From: Candidatus Hydrogenedentota bacterium
GTDB taxonomy: Bacteria; Hydrogenedentota; Hydrogenedentia; Hydrogenedentales; SLHB01
NCBI GenBank assembly: GCA_045863335.1
Contig: BTVY01000006.1
Coordinates: 135,336-199,335 of the forward strand
Direction of reading: 5' to 3'
Length of the DNA: 64,000 bases
A program made the position numbers and the translations under genes. Each line of letters starts with the position of its first letter. The first letter of the stretch is position 1. The notes beneath the pieces are model-generated. The model was not told the origin of the DNA. It did no database searches and saw only the letters and a list, made by a program, of their open reading frames with translations. This document shows positions 46,679 to 55,743 of the stretch, one piece after another.

Positions 46679-48817
46679 ATGAATTGCGAGTCGATGACTA
46701 GACGTTGCAGTTTACCGGTAGCGCTGCTGTTTGTGGCAACCAGCGTTGGCTACGCGCAGGACGCGCGCGAGCTTCAGCGCTTCGAGCCTGACGCGGTGCC
46801 TGCGAATGTTGCCGCGCAGAACGCAGAGGTATCGATTGTCGATGCTGGCGGCGAACCGGCGCTCCAGATTCAGTTTGCGCCTGAGGGCGATTCGTGGGTC
46901 GCCATTCAAGCGCCGGAGGGGGTGTGGGACTGTGCCGGTTCCGCGGGTGTCGCGGTCGAATTGGGAAGTGCATCCCCCGACGATGTCATCGTGAACGTTC
47001 GTTTAGAGAACCCCGGTCCCTACGGAACAAGTGCAGGCGTGTCGGAGCGCGTGAGCGTTTCAACTGGAGAGACGGTCATCGCGGAGGTCGAGTTTGGCGG
47101 CAGCAAGGGCAGTCCCTTCTGGGGCATGCGGGGCGTGCCGCTGGCCGGCCGGGGTAGCCGGGATCACAACGTGGACGCGACGCAGTTGGCGGCGATCCGC
47201 GTTTATCCCGAAGGCCCGGGCGCCGCAGTCGCCGTGCAGGTGCGCGTAGTGCGAACGTTTGGTGAAGCGCCGCGATTCCGCGAGGCGATTCCCTTTCCGT
47301 TCATTGATCGTTTCGGGCAATTCATGCATGACACCTGGCCCGGCAAGGTCGCGGACGAATCGGCACTGGCGCAGAACGCCGAGCAGGAAACGCTGGAGTT
47401 AGCGGCACAACCCGTATTGCCAGGACGCGACGAATACGGCGGGTGGGCGGATGGACCGCAACTCGAAGCGTCGGGGTACTTCCGCACCGAGAAATTAGAC
47501 GGCCGATGGTGGTTGGTGACGCCGAGCGGCCACCTTTTCCTCAGCATGGGAATGAACTGCGTGCATCGGGGCGATTACACCTTTGTCACGGGACGGGAAG
47601 ACTGGTTTTCGGAACTTCCACCAAGCGACGATCCTCAACTCGCCTCGTGCTACTCGGAGACCTCCGGCGCGCACAGCATGGCGGAGCGCGTTGGTGGCAA
47701 GGGTGTGGTGTTCAATCACTACCGGGCGAATCTGATTCGCAAGTATGGGGAAGGCTGGGATAGCCGCTGGAAGGAAGTCGCGGAGCAACGGCTCACGTCA
47801 TGGGGCTTTAACACCCTTGGCAACTGGTGCGATGGGCAGATTCTCGCCGAGAGTAGCCTTCCCTACGTGGCAACGGCCGGGGTGGGCGGCGCGTTCCGGC
47901 GAATCGAAGGGGGCGGCGGGTACTGGAGCAAGATGCCGGACGTCTTCGATCCGTCCTTTGAGGAAGCCGTCAAGACATCGGTCCCGCCGAACGCAAAACG
48001 CATCGCAAACGATCCGCGATGCATCGGCATCTTTGTCGACAACGAGCTGGCGTGGGAGGCAATCGGCGACGGCACCTTGGCCAGTCCGCCAGACCAGCCT
48101 TGCCGCGCGACGCTCATCGCCATGCTGCAAGAGAAGTACGCGAATTTGGATGCGCTAAACGCCGCTTGGGAAACGACGGCGTCAAGCTGGGACGCTTTGC
48201 GTGCGCCGTCAGTTCCGAATCCAACATCTCAGTCGGATCTCGACGCCTATATCCACGCTTTCGCTACGCGATACTTCACGCTGGTACGTGATGCCGTGAA
48301 GCAGGAAGCGCCGAACCATCTCTATATGGGGTGCCGGTTTGCTCTAGTTCCGTTACCGGCGGCCCAGGCCTGCGCGGAGGTGGCCGACGTGGTCAGTTTC
48401 AATTTCTACCGGCGCGGGGTCGGTCCCGACTCGACCATGGCGCAAATTGACGCACCGGTCATTATTGGTGAGTTTCACTTCGGCGCGCTCGACCGGGGCA
48501 TGTTTCATCCCGGTCTCGTGATGTCGAAGGACCAGGAGGACCGGGCGGCTTCCTATGCGCAATACGTGAACTCCGTGCTCGATCAACCCAATCTGGTTGG
48601 ATGCCACTGGTTTCAGTACATGGACCAACCTACCACAGGACGGAGTCTTGACGGCGAGAATTACGGCATCGGTTTCGTTTCCATCACGGACACCCCGTAT
48701 CCTGAGATGGTCGACGTGGCGCGCGAGGTTCACGGGAAGATGTACGCCCGGCACGCGGGCGGCGTTCCTCCGTCGCAGGATAAGCGCGGATTCTGGAAGC
48801 GTCTTTTCGGAAGGTGA
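46679..48817 (+). CDS. GH50 (beta-agarase-like) glycoside hydrolase, copy 2
   Basis: Same motif series as the upstream paralogue (FVDNE, IGEFHFG); signal peptide; start near ATG 46679. Confidence 0.85.
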   Translation: MNCESMTRRCSLPVALLFVATSVGYAQDARELQRFEPDAVPANVAAQNAEVSIVDAGGEPALQIQFAPEGDSWVAIQAPEGVWDCAGSAGVAVELGSASPDDVIVNVRLENPGPYGTSAGVSERVSVSTGETVIAEVEFGGSKGSPFWGMRGVPLAGRGSRDHNVDATQLAAIRVYPEGPGAAVAVQVRVVRTFGEAPRFREAIPFPFIDRFGQFMHDTWPGKVADESALAQNAEQETLELAAQPVLPGRDEYGGWADGPQLEASGYFRTEKLDGRWWLVTPSGHLFLSMGMNCVHRGDYTFVTGREDWFSELPPSDDPQLASCYSETSGAHSMAERVGGKGVVFNHYRANLIRKYGEGWDSRWKEVAEQRLTSWGFNTLGNWCDGQILAESSLPYVATAGVGGAFRRIEGGGGYWSKMPDVFDPSFEEAVKTSVPPNAKRIANDPRCIGIFVDNELAWEAIGDGTLASPPDQPCRATLIAMLQEKYANLDALNAAWETTASSWDALRAPSVPNPTSQSDLDAYIHAFATRYFTLVRDAVKQEAPNHLYMGCRFALVPLPAAQACAEVADVVSFNFYRRGVGPDSTMAQIDAPVIIGEFHFGALDRGMFHPGLVMSKDQEDRAASYAQYVNSVLDQPNLVGCHWFQYMDQPTTGRSLDGENYGIGFVSITDTPYPEMVDVAREVHGKMYARHAGGVPPSQDKRGFWKRLFGR

Positions 48818-48821
48818 GCAC

Positions 48822-49538
48822 TTGGCAAAGACGAAGACCAGCACGGCTCGTGAAACGGATCTCTATCCGCCGCTGAAGGCGTACCTGGAAGCGAACGGCT
48901 ATACCGTCCGCGCCGAAGTGAACGGCTGCGATGTGACGGCCACGAAAGGTGATGACCTGGTCGTGATCGAGCTGAAGCGGTCCGTCAATCTTACCCTGCT
49001 CGTTCAGGCGACCCGCCGTCAACGCATTACGGATTCTGTCTATGTCGCCGTACCGGCGCCGCCGGGCGGCATCTGGACCAAACAATGGAAAGGCATCCAG
49101 CATGTCCTGCGACGGTTGGAACTGGGACTCATCCTGGTTACGGTGCAGTCGCGCGCGCCGCGCGTGAACGTGGTATTTCATCCCGTGGCATTTGACCGCA
49201 AGAAGCAGAAGCGCGCGCGGCGGGCGGTCTTGCTGGAGATAGCGGGCCGCTCGCACGATCTCAATACCGGAGGCAGCGCCGGGCGCAAGCTGGTCACGGC
49301 ATACCGGGAATCGGCGGTGCACATTGCGTGTCTGCTCGATGCGCGCGGTCCCATGTCGCCACGCGATCTCCGGAAGGAGGGGACGGGTCCGAAGACCACA
49401 TCCATTCTTTACAGCAATGTCTACGGCTGGTTTGAACGGATCGATCGCGGTGTGTACCGCCTGACGAAGGCCGGGCGCAAGGCGTTGGCCGACTATCCGG
49501 AATTGGTGAAGGCGTACCGGACAAGCAAGGACTCTTGA
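48822..49538 (+). CDS. DUF2161 family putative PD-(D/E)XK protein
   Basis: ETDLYPPLK...GY.V..EV..CDV, VIELK, VTAYRE and NVYGWFERI.RG.Y.LT; TTG start. Confidence 0.8.
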   Translation: MAKTKTSTARETDLYPPLKAYLEANGYTVRAEVNGCDVTATKGDDLVVIELKRSVNLTLLVQATRRQRITDSVYVAVPAPPGGIWTKQWKGIQHVLRRLELGLILVTVQSRAPRVNVVFHPVAFDRKKQKRARRAVLLEIAGRSHDLNTGGSAGRKLVTAYRESAVHIACLLDARGPMSPRDLRKEGTGPKTTSILYSNVYGWFERIDRGVYRLTKAGRKALADYPELVKAYRTSKDS

Positions 49539-49648
49539 AGGCTTGTCCCCACTGTTCTCGAACCTTTGGCGGAGGCGGCGACCGTGTGGTATCGTGACGG
49601 CGTGTTCTACCCGCTCCTTGTTTTCAACTGCCGGAAATCATCGTTTCC

Positions 49649-50395
49649 ATGTCGAATCCCGAACTCAAACACGCAGTGGTCGACGCATACCGGGAAGAAC
49701 TGGGTTACCGGTACCGCCTGGACAATGTCCGGCGTTTCGGCGTGCTCGACCCGATTGCGGACAAGACCATTGACGACCTTCGCAATTTCCTGCTCGAGTA
49801 CGTCTATCCAAGTTCTGGAGAGCGGGACAAATTGGATGACGCCTTTGACCGGGTGCGGGAGATCTCGCGCTCCCCGCGGCGGATGGCGCCCCTGATGAAG
49901 TCGGCCTTCAAGACGATGTGGAAGCTCGGTGTGAGTTTTCCTGCCGCCATGGCCACGGGGCATCACGCGTTAGAAGCCTGTCTGGAGGCCCGAAAGCTCG
50001 AGAAGCGAATGCTCGACTTTGCGGAGCAGGAAGGACTCACGGTGGAGGCCATTGCGGATCGCGAGGTCGCCGTCCGCGTGTTTTCCAGTGTTTCCGAATC
50101 GGAGGTTGTCCGCCTGCGCGAGGGAGTTTTGAAACTGTTGGAGGCCATGTCCAACATCAAACTCCTGTCTGCGGCGGTTGATATCATCGAGAACGCCCGT
50201 AAAGTCGCCGATTCCCGCCCGGATCTGTACGAGGAGCGCGAGCGGGCAGGATTCAGCGTAGCCTCTGAAACCCTTCGGCGCGGACTTGAGCTGTCTAGGC
50301 AGTTGAGGCCTTCGGATATTCCTGTGATTATAGAAGGCATTGCGGTCGTCGAGATCGATTGGTACGATCGGATTAAGATGGAATCCGCCCGGTAA
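49649..50395 (+). CDS. Hypothetical alpha-helical protein
   Basis: 248-aa ORF filling the gap with protein-like composition; no family recognised. Confidence 0.7.
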   Translation: MSNPELKHAVVDAYREELGYRYRLDNVRRFGVLDPIADKTIDDLRNFLLEYVYPSSGERDKLDDAFDRVREISRSPRRMAPLMKSAFKTMWKLGVSFPAAMATGHHALEACLEARKLEKRMLDFAEQEGLTVEAIADREVAVRVFSSVSESEVVRLREGVLKLLEAMSNIKLLSAAVDIIENARKVADSRPDLYEERERAGFSVASETLRRGLELSRQLRPSDIPVIIEGIAVVEIDWYDRIKMESAR

Positions 50396-50476
50396 TTGCG
50401 CCGGACGAGATAACGGACGTGTCGTACGGGTCCTCGCAGCGGCTCGGTCCGGCACCGGGAAGAAAGGACAGCGAGC

Positions 50477-51685
50477 ATGCGCGTAACAGCAGGATTGATC
50501 GCGGCGGTTCTGGCCGCCGGGGGAGCGGCGGGCCAAGGCACTTTGGACGGCAAGAAGATCGCGCTCGAGGCGGGCGAGCAACAGAGCCGGAGCGTCCCCC
50601 TCACGTTGCCGTTCGACGGAACGCTCGGAGAAGGAGAGTTTGTCCAGGTCAAGCAGTTGACGACTGGACGCATCTACCCCGCGTCCCTGCGGAACGGCGA
50701 GTTGGTCTTTGTGCCGGAGGGCGCCATGCCGGGAGCGAAACACATGTTCGAAGTGGAAGTGCGGAAGGACGACAAGCCGCCCAAGGTGCAGGTGACCAAA
50801 CGGGAAGGGGAAGAGGCTGTCGACATTCTGATTGAAGACGTGCCGTTCACGGCCTACCACTACTCGAACAACTACAAGAAACCGTTCCTCTGGCCCGTAT
50901 TGGGCGAGGGCGGCGTACACGTGACGCGCGATTATCCCATGGGCGAAGTGCAGATCTCCGAGGATCACCCGCACCACAAGTCCATGTGGTCGGCATATGG
51001 AGAGGTCAATGGCGCCGACTGCTGGGGCGAGGGCGACAATTCCGGATACCAGGTCAGCGGCGATGTGACCTACGGTTCGGGCGACGCCTACGGTTGGGTG
51101 CATGCCAAGAACGTCTGGCAAAACAATGCGCACGAGTCAATCGTCGATGAGGAGCGCGAGTACCGCTTCTACCCCGGTCCCGAAGACGCGCGCATCTTCG
51201 ACGTCACCGTAACCTTCACCGCGTCATATGGCGATGTGTTGTTCAACGACACGAAAGAAGGCGGGATCATGGCGGTGCGCGTAAACGACCATATGAATGT
51301 CGACCATGGTGGCACGATCACCAATTCCGAGGGCCAGGTGGGCGAAGACGAGGCCTGGGGCCAACCGGCGGCGTGGTGCGACTATTCGGGCGCGATCGGA
51401 GATTCGGGAGTTTTCGGCGTGACCGTATTCGATCACAAGGACAACCTGCGTTTCCCGTCGCGGTGGCACGTGCGCAACTATGGCCTCATGGGCGCGAACG
51501 TCTTCGGCCTGTCCTACTTCACAAAAGGCAAGGGCGACTTGAATGGCGACTACACCTTGAAGAACGGCGAGAGCATATCGTTCAAGTATCGCACCTATGT
51601 GCACAGTGGGGACGTCACCGAAAGCAAGGTGGCTGATCGCTACGCGGACTACGCGACCCCCCCCGCGGTTAATTGGGTCGAATAG
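50477..51685 (+). CDS. Secreted PmoA-like (PF14100/DUF6807-type) protein
   Basis: KPFLWP, TRDYP...DHPHHKS, KEGG, WCDYSG and WHVRNYGL motifs; signal peptide. Confidence 0.8.
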   Translation: MRVTAGLIAAVLAAGGAAGQGTLDGKKIALEAGEQQSRSVPLTLPFDGTLGEGEFVQVKQLTTGRIYPASLRNGELVFVPEGAMPGAKHMFEVEVRKDDKPPKVQVTKREGEEAVDILIEDVPFTAYHYSNNYKKPFLWPVLGEGGVHVTRDYPMGEVQISEDHPHHKSMWSAYGEVNGADCWGEGDNSGYQVSGDVTYGSGDAYGWVHAKNVWQNNAHESIVDEEREYRFYPGPEDARIFDVTVTFTASYGDVLFNDTKEGGIMAVRVNDHMNVDHGGTITNSEGQVGEDEAWGQPAAWCDYSGAIGDSGVFGVTVFDHKDNLRFPSRWHVRNYGLMGANVFGLSYFTKGKGDLNGDYTLKNGESISFKYRTYVHSGDVTESKVADRYADYATPPAVNWVE

Positions 51686-51716
51686 CGTTCCTGCCGCTTA
51701 CCCCGGTTACGAAAGA

Positions 51717-51738
51717 CGCCCGGCACGTGTGCCGGGCG
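51717..51738. terminator. Hairpin between convergent genes, probable intrinsic terminator
   Basis: CGCCCGGCA-cgtg-TGCCGGGCG followed by CTTAATCTTT. Confidence 0.6.
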
Positions 51739-51769
51739 CTTAATCTTTCAACGAGACACGCGCAATCGC

Positions 51770-52186
51770 TCAGGCCTGGGCAGCGCCCCCTGGCCACCGG
51801 ATCGCATCCGGATCGACGCCCAGCCACCGGCACCCTTCTTCCAAACTCCGGAAGATGCGCATGCGATGGGGGATGTGCTGGTCACCGGTGAACTCGAACA
51901 TGCGGCCCATGCCGAAATCGTAGTCGGTCGATACGATCAGTGCGAGTTTGGGCTTCCCCTCCACCGGTACATGCGTCCGAATCAACTCCAGATGGGGGCG
52001 GACATTCTGCGGGGCGAGATTGGTTTTCGAGCGGCGGCGATCCACCAGCACGTCGGCTGTGGGATGCTGGGCGACATAGGACGCTGAGTCTCGAACCAAT
52101 TGCTCCTCTTCGTCAATGGACAGGTTGCCCTCGATTACTACAACCAGCAACCGGCCTCCCGGCTGTACCGAGAAGTTGTAGCCCAT
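51770..52186 (-). CDS. STAS/SpoIIAA-like small protein
   Basis: LVD.R, KLALIV...DFGMGRMF and RIFRSLEEG..WL pattern; ATG 52186. Confidence 0.7.
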   Translation of the reverse strand: MGYNFSVQPGGRLLVVVIEGNLSIDEEEQLVRDSASYVAQHPTADVLVDRRRSKTNLAPQNVRPHLELIRTHVPVEGKPKLALIVSTDYDFGMGRMFEFTGDQHIPHRMRIFRSLEEGCRWLGVDPDAIRWPGGAAQA

Positions 52187-52325
52187 ACCCCTGTCCCTTT
52201 GCTGCGCAGTTTCTGAGGCGTCCATCAGCGACGGAAAAAAGACGACATCGCACGCTGCCCTCAACACGGCGCCGTGATATCACGAGATCGGCAGTGACCG
52301 CTCCGCCATCGCAGGTTACGACGGG

Positions 52326-52354
52326 ATTATAGCGCATTCGTGAGGATCTGTGAA
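52326..52354 (-). promoter_or_regulatory. Sigma70-type promoter for the STAS-like gene
   Basis: Minus strand TTCACA, 17 bp spacer, TATAAT. Confidence 0.55.
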
Positions 52355-52808
52355 TCCAAGCGCGGGACCTTGGCCTTCATCACAGCCGCGGGGATACCCG
52401 GTTTATCTCGTGTCCTTGCGGTAAGTGGACTTTGGGAAACGCCTTCACGTCGAAGCGGCGACAAGGGGATGGTCCTCACCTTCTCAACTCGCTCGGTGCT
52501 CCGAACCGTAGGTCGTACGGCGGAATGGAAGGGTTCGGGGAATTGGCGCCAAGCGGCGGCGTGATCGCTCAGCATGAAGTGAGGAATGCTGGCTTGACAG
52601 CCCTCCTTGGGAATCACCTCGACTTTCGGAAAATTTTGGATACGTGGTGCCTGCGGACGGCGAAGTAGTGGTCCGCCAGCAGCCCTAAACGTGTACGCTA
52701 CGTCACGCCGTGCTCATCTTCGTAGGTCTTGGTATCGAGTCGCTCATGGCACGTCGCAGCGAATCCCCAATCGCTGACGCAGGCCCAATAGCGGTCTTCA
52801 GAGCCACA

Positions 52809-54341
52809 CTACCACGCGCGAAGCTCAGGCCAGATTTCGTCGATAGGCAGCTTGGGTTTCCGGCACACCGCCACGTAGAACTCGCGATTCCCGGGATTCG
52901 TGTGTTCCAGCATTACCGGAGGCTTCATGTCGACGTGTTCAAATACTTGTTCCAAATCTTCGCGCCGCATGTCCAGCGCGATTACGGTATCGAAAGGCCC
53001 TTCTCCGGGTCCCCACAGGTAATACGTCATGTGGCCGCTGATGGCGTTGGGAAGGCCGTATTCCTTGCCGAGGTAATCGACCATGCCCGCCAAACCGTAG
53101 TTCGGCGCAAAGATAACGGCGTTGTCTCGCTCGTTCTCCGGGAGACTCTCATAAATCTCCGCCACGCGCTCGATTCGTGTCTGCCATCCAAACTGACCGT
53201 GCAGGTCCCCTGTAATCTCGTATACGTTATCGAGCGCGCCGAAACTGATTGCGCGGATGTACCGGTCCGTCGTTTCGATAGGGAGAATCGGGAGCGCCAC
53301 CGGCGCGAACAGCATGCCACCCACTGCCAGCGCCCCGATAGCAGCCGGACGGAACCACGGTTGCGCTTTGCGTTCCGCGTACGCGCCCAGGGCGACGCCG
53401 CCCGCGGCCAGGACGGCGGGATACGCCGGGGCGAGGTAGTAGATTTTGCTCTTGGCAACCAGCAACAACAGGAACACCGTTACCCAGATCCACCCGAGAA
53501 TCCGGTACGGCTTTCCCGCCTCCCCGCGAAACAACCAGACCAACCCCGCGATCCAGACCGCCGCGTTGAACGGGTGCAGATACAGCAACTGACCGAGGAC
53601 GAACTGGGGCAGGGAGATGCCGCTCATGACTTCCGCGTTCAAGCGCCGGATGAATTGAACTGTCGGCCAGTCGTTCTGCATCTGCCAGACGAGGTTCGGC
53701 AAGAAAATTAGCGTCGCCACCACGCCACCGGCATAGAGCCAGGGACTCAGTAAGCACTTTCGATGCGGTGTCAAGAGAAGGCCCACGGCCAGCCCCAGGC
53801 CAAAAAACGCCATGGTGTGCTTGTTCATGAGTCCGATACCGGCGATGGCGCCTACCCACAACCAAAGCTTGGGATTATCGTCCTGAATGATTCGCACGAC
53901 CAGGTAGGAGCACGCGGCCCAGAACACCGGTTCGAAAGACGGAATCGCGAGGATATTCTGAGACCGCAGATAGACCGGCGCGATGATGTACGCTATGCAG
54001 GCCAGCGACTGCGCGAACCGTCCTCCGCCCAGCCGCCGCGCCAGCAGTCCCGTGAGGAACACCGCGACCGCGCTGGCCACCGCCGGGAAAAACCGCAATC
54101 CGGTCAGCGACTGCCCAAACAGCTCGTCGGACAGTCGCGCAATCCACGGCGTCAACGGCGGGTGATCCACATACCCGAACGCGAGGTGATAGCCGCAGGC
54201 CAGGAAGTAGAATTCGTCGTGATGATACCCGTACCACCGGTTGTACACGAGGTGCAGCACCAGCGCGAACAAGGCAAAACCGCCGATGAGGACCAGATCG
54301 CTTCGCCGCGCCGAACCTGCCACCCCCGAATCTCCCATCAT
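52809..54341 (-). CDS. GT39/ArnT-like (GT-C) membrane glycosyltransferase
   Basis: HDEFYFLA...LAFGYVDHPPL, GLMNK and PNLVWQ motifs; GGAGG RBS. Confidence 0.87.
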   Translation of the reverse strand: MMGDSGVAGSARRSDLVLIGGFALFALVLHLVYNRWYGYHHDEFYFLACGYHLAFGYVDHPPLTPWIARLSDELFGQSLTGLRFFPAVASAVAVFLTGLLARRLGGGRFAQSLACIAYIIAPVYLRSQNILAIPSFEPVFWAACSYLVVRIIQDDNPKLWLWVGAIAGIGLMNKHTMAFFGLGLAVGLLLTPHRKCLLSPWLYAGGVVATLIFLPNLVWQMQNDWPTVQFIRRLNAEVMSGISLPQFVLGQLLYLHPFNAAVWIAGLVWLFRGEAGKPYRILGWIWVTVFLLLLVAKSKIYYLAPAYPAVLAAGGVALGAYAERKAQPWFRPAAIGALAVGGMLFAPVALPILPIETTDRYIRAISFGALDNVYEITGDLHGQFGWQTRIERVAEIYESLPENERDNAVIFAPNYGLAGMVDYLGKEYGLPNAISGHMTYYLWGPGEGPFDTVIALDMRREDLEQVFEHVDMKPPVMLEHTNPGNREFYVAVCRKPKLPIDEIWPELRAW

Positions 54342-54492
54342 CGATCCTCCCACACGTACCCCGTTGCTGCCAGCCATTAAACCAGCTTCCGACTCCTGAC
54401 AATCGTATTCCTTGTCATTGCGCAGCGTAGCGACCCGAACAACCTCGTACATCATGGGATGCCGATCCGGCCAAAATGGTTGATACTAAACA

Positions 54493-54525
54493 GGCCCCGG
54501 CAAACTAGAAAGGTCTGCCGGGGCC
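54493..54525 (-). terminator. Intrinsic terminator candidate after aldolase gene
   Basis: GGCCCCGGCA / TGCCGGGGCC 10-bp stem followed by TGTTT on minus strand. Confidence 0.55.
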
Positions 54526-54545
54526 GTAAGTCACTGCAGCAAAGA

Positions 54546-55493
54546 CTACTCTTCCGCTTCCTGGAGCTTGTCGTAGAACTCGCGGAAAGAGTCCCCGTGG
54601 GCGCCTTTCATGAAGGCCAGCGCCGCGCGCGGGTGCTTGTTCAGCAAGCCGGTGATCGCGTAGGGGATCTCGTACCCCCAGCGCAATTCGGTCTTCATGT
54701 CGGCGAAATACTTCTGAATGAGGTCGAACACGGGCCGGGCGTCGAACTTGGGATTCTTGAGGAAGTCCACCAGCAACTCCGTCGGGCAATTCCCCGCGGC
54801 GCGGCCCATGCCGTAGATCGTGCCGTCGAGATAGTTGATCCCTTTGACGATGGCTTCGATGGTGTTCGCGAACCCGAGTTGCAGGTTGTTATGGGCGTGA
54901 ATGCCCACTTCAATACCAGCGGGCTTCAAGGCTGCGAGATACTTGTCCGCCAGGTACTGAATCTGTTCGGAATAGAAGTAGCCGAAACTGTCTACGAGGT
55001 AAACCGCCTGGAACTTCGACCCCGCCAACTGCTCCAGGGCTTCGTCGAGGTCCGGTTCGAGCACGTGGGAAACGGCCATCACGTTGCAGGTCGACTCGTA
55101 TCCCAGGTCTTGCACGTGTTGGCCCAGGTGAATCGCCTTGTCCACGTCTTTCGCATACGTGGCGACGCGCACCATGGAGATGACGGAATCGGAGGCCGGG
55201 AGAAACGCGTCGTAGTCCGTGCGCCCCACGTCGCACATAATGGAAATCTTGGTCTTCTCGGTCTTGTAGGCGACGTCGCGGATGTCTTCTTCGTCGCAGT
55301 ACCGCCAAATCCCAGACTCGGCCGACGGAAACAACTTCTTGTCGGCCCGGTATCCCAACTCGACGTAATCGACCCCGGCCGCCACCAGCCCGTCGAAAAC
55401 GTCTTTGACAAGCGCCTTGTCAAACCCCCAGTTATTCATCAATCCGCCATCGCGGATGGTGCAATCCAGCACCTTGATTTCAGGACGATACAC
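54546..55493 (-). CDS. DRE-TIM (HMGL-like) aldolase catalytic-domain protein
   Basis: LDCTIRDGG, VDSFG, GIHAHNN and GMGRAAGNCPTE motifs; GTG start with AAGGAAG RBS. Confidence 0.88.
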   Translation of the reverse strand: MYRPEIKVLDCTIRDGGLMNNWGFDKALVKDVFDGLVAAGVDYVELGYRADKKLFPSAESGIWRYCDEEDIRDVAYKTEKTKISIMCDVGRTDYDAFLPASDSVISMVRVATYAKDVDKAIHLGQHVQDLGYESTCNVMAVSHVLEPDLDEALEQLAGSKFQAVYLVDSFGYFYSEQIQYLADKYLAALKPAGIEVGIHAHNNLQLGFANTIEAIVKGINYLDGTIYGMGRAAGNCPTELLVDFLKNPKFDARPVFDLIQKYFADMKTELRWGYEIPYAITGLLNKHPRAALAFMKGAHGDSFREFYDKLQEAEE

Positions 55494-55617
55494 GGCGTGC
55501 TTCCTTTCCACGCGCTGACCAGCCGGGGGAAACTGCGCGCCGTTTTGTAGTTGCTTAGTTATAGCGCATCGCGGCCAACGGGGTAAACCGAAAAACGGAT
55601 GCGCAACGCGCCTTCGG

Positions 55618-55700
55618 AGCGCCGACGGCGCGTTCCATACCAGCCCGGGGCAACGCCCCCAGGAAACGGATGCCTGAGAAAGAAAAAGGGCTGAAGGCCC
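55618..55700. repeat. REP-like multi-hairpin element
   Basis: GCGCCGACGGCGC, CCCGGGGCAACGCCCCCAGG and GGGCTGAAGGCCC hairpins in the intergenic region. Confidence 0.55.
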
Positions 55701-55743
55701 GAGCCAGGTGAGACCCATGCCCGGACTTTGACCGGATCTTGCA

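Noticed and set aside
48822-49538. DUF2161 nuclease-like gene as part of a defence system
   Set aside because: No methyltransferase, helicase or other defence genes are adjacent
50477-51685. Methane monooxygenase implied by the PmoA family name
   Set aside because: Soluble secreted protein with no pmoCAB context; the family label does not indicate methanotrophy
52698-52808. Stop-codon read-through of the GT39 gene (frame stays open 36 codons past TAG)
   Set aside because: The length is compatible with chance, and there is no recoding signal or recognisable domain
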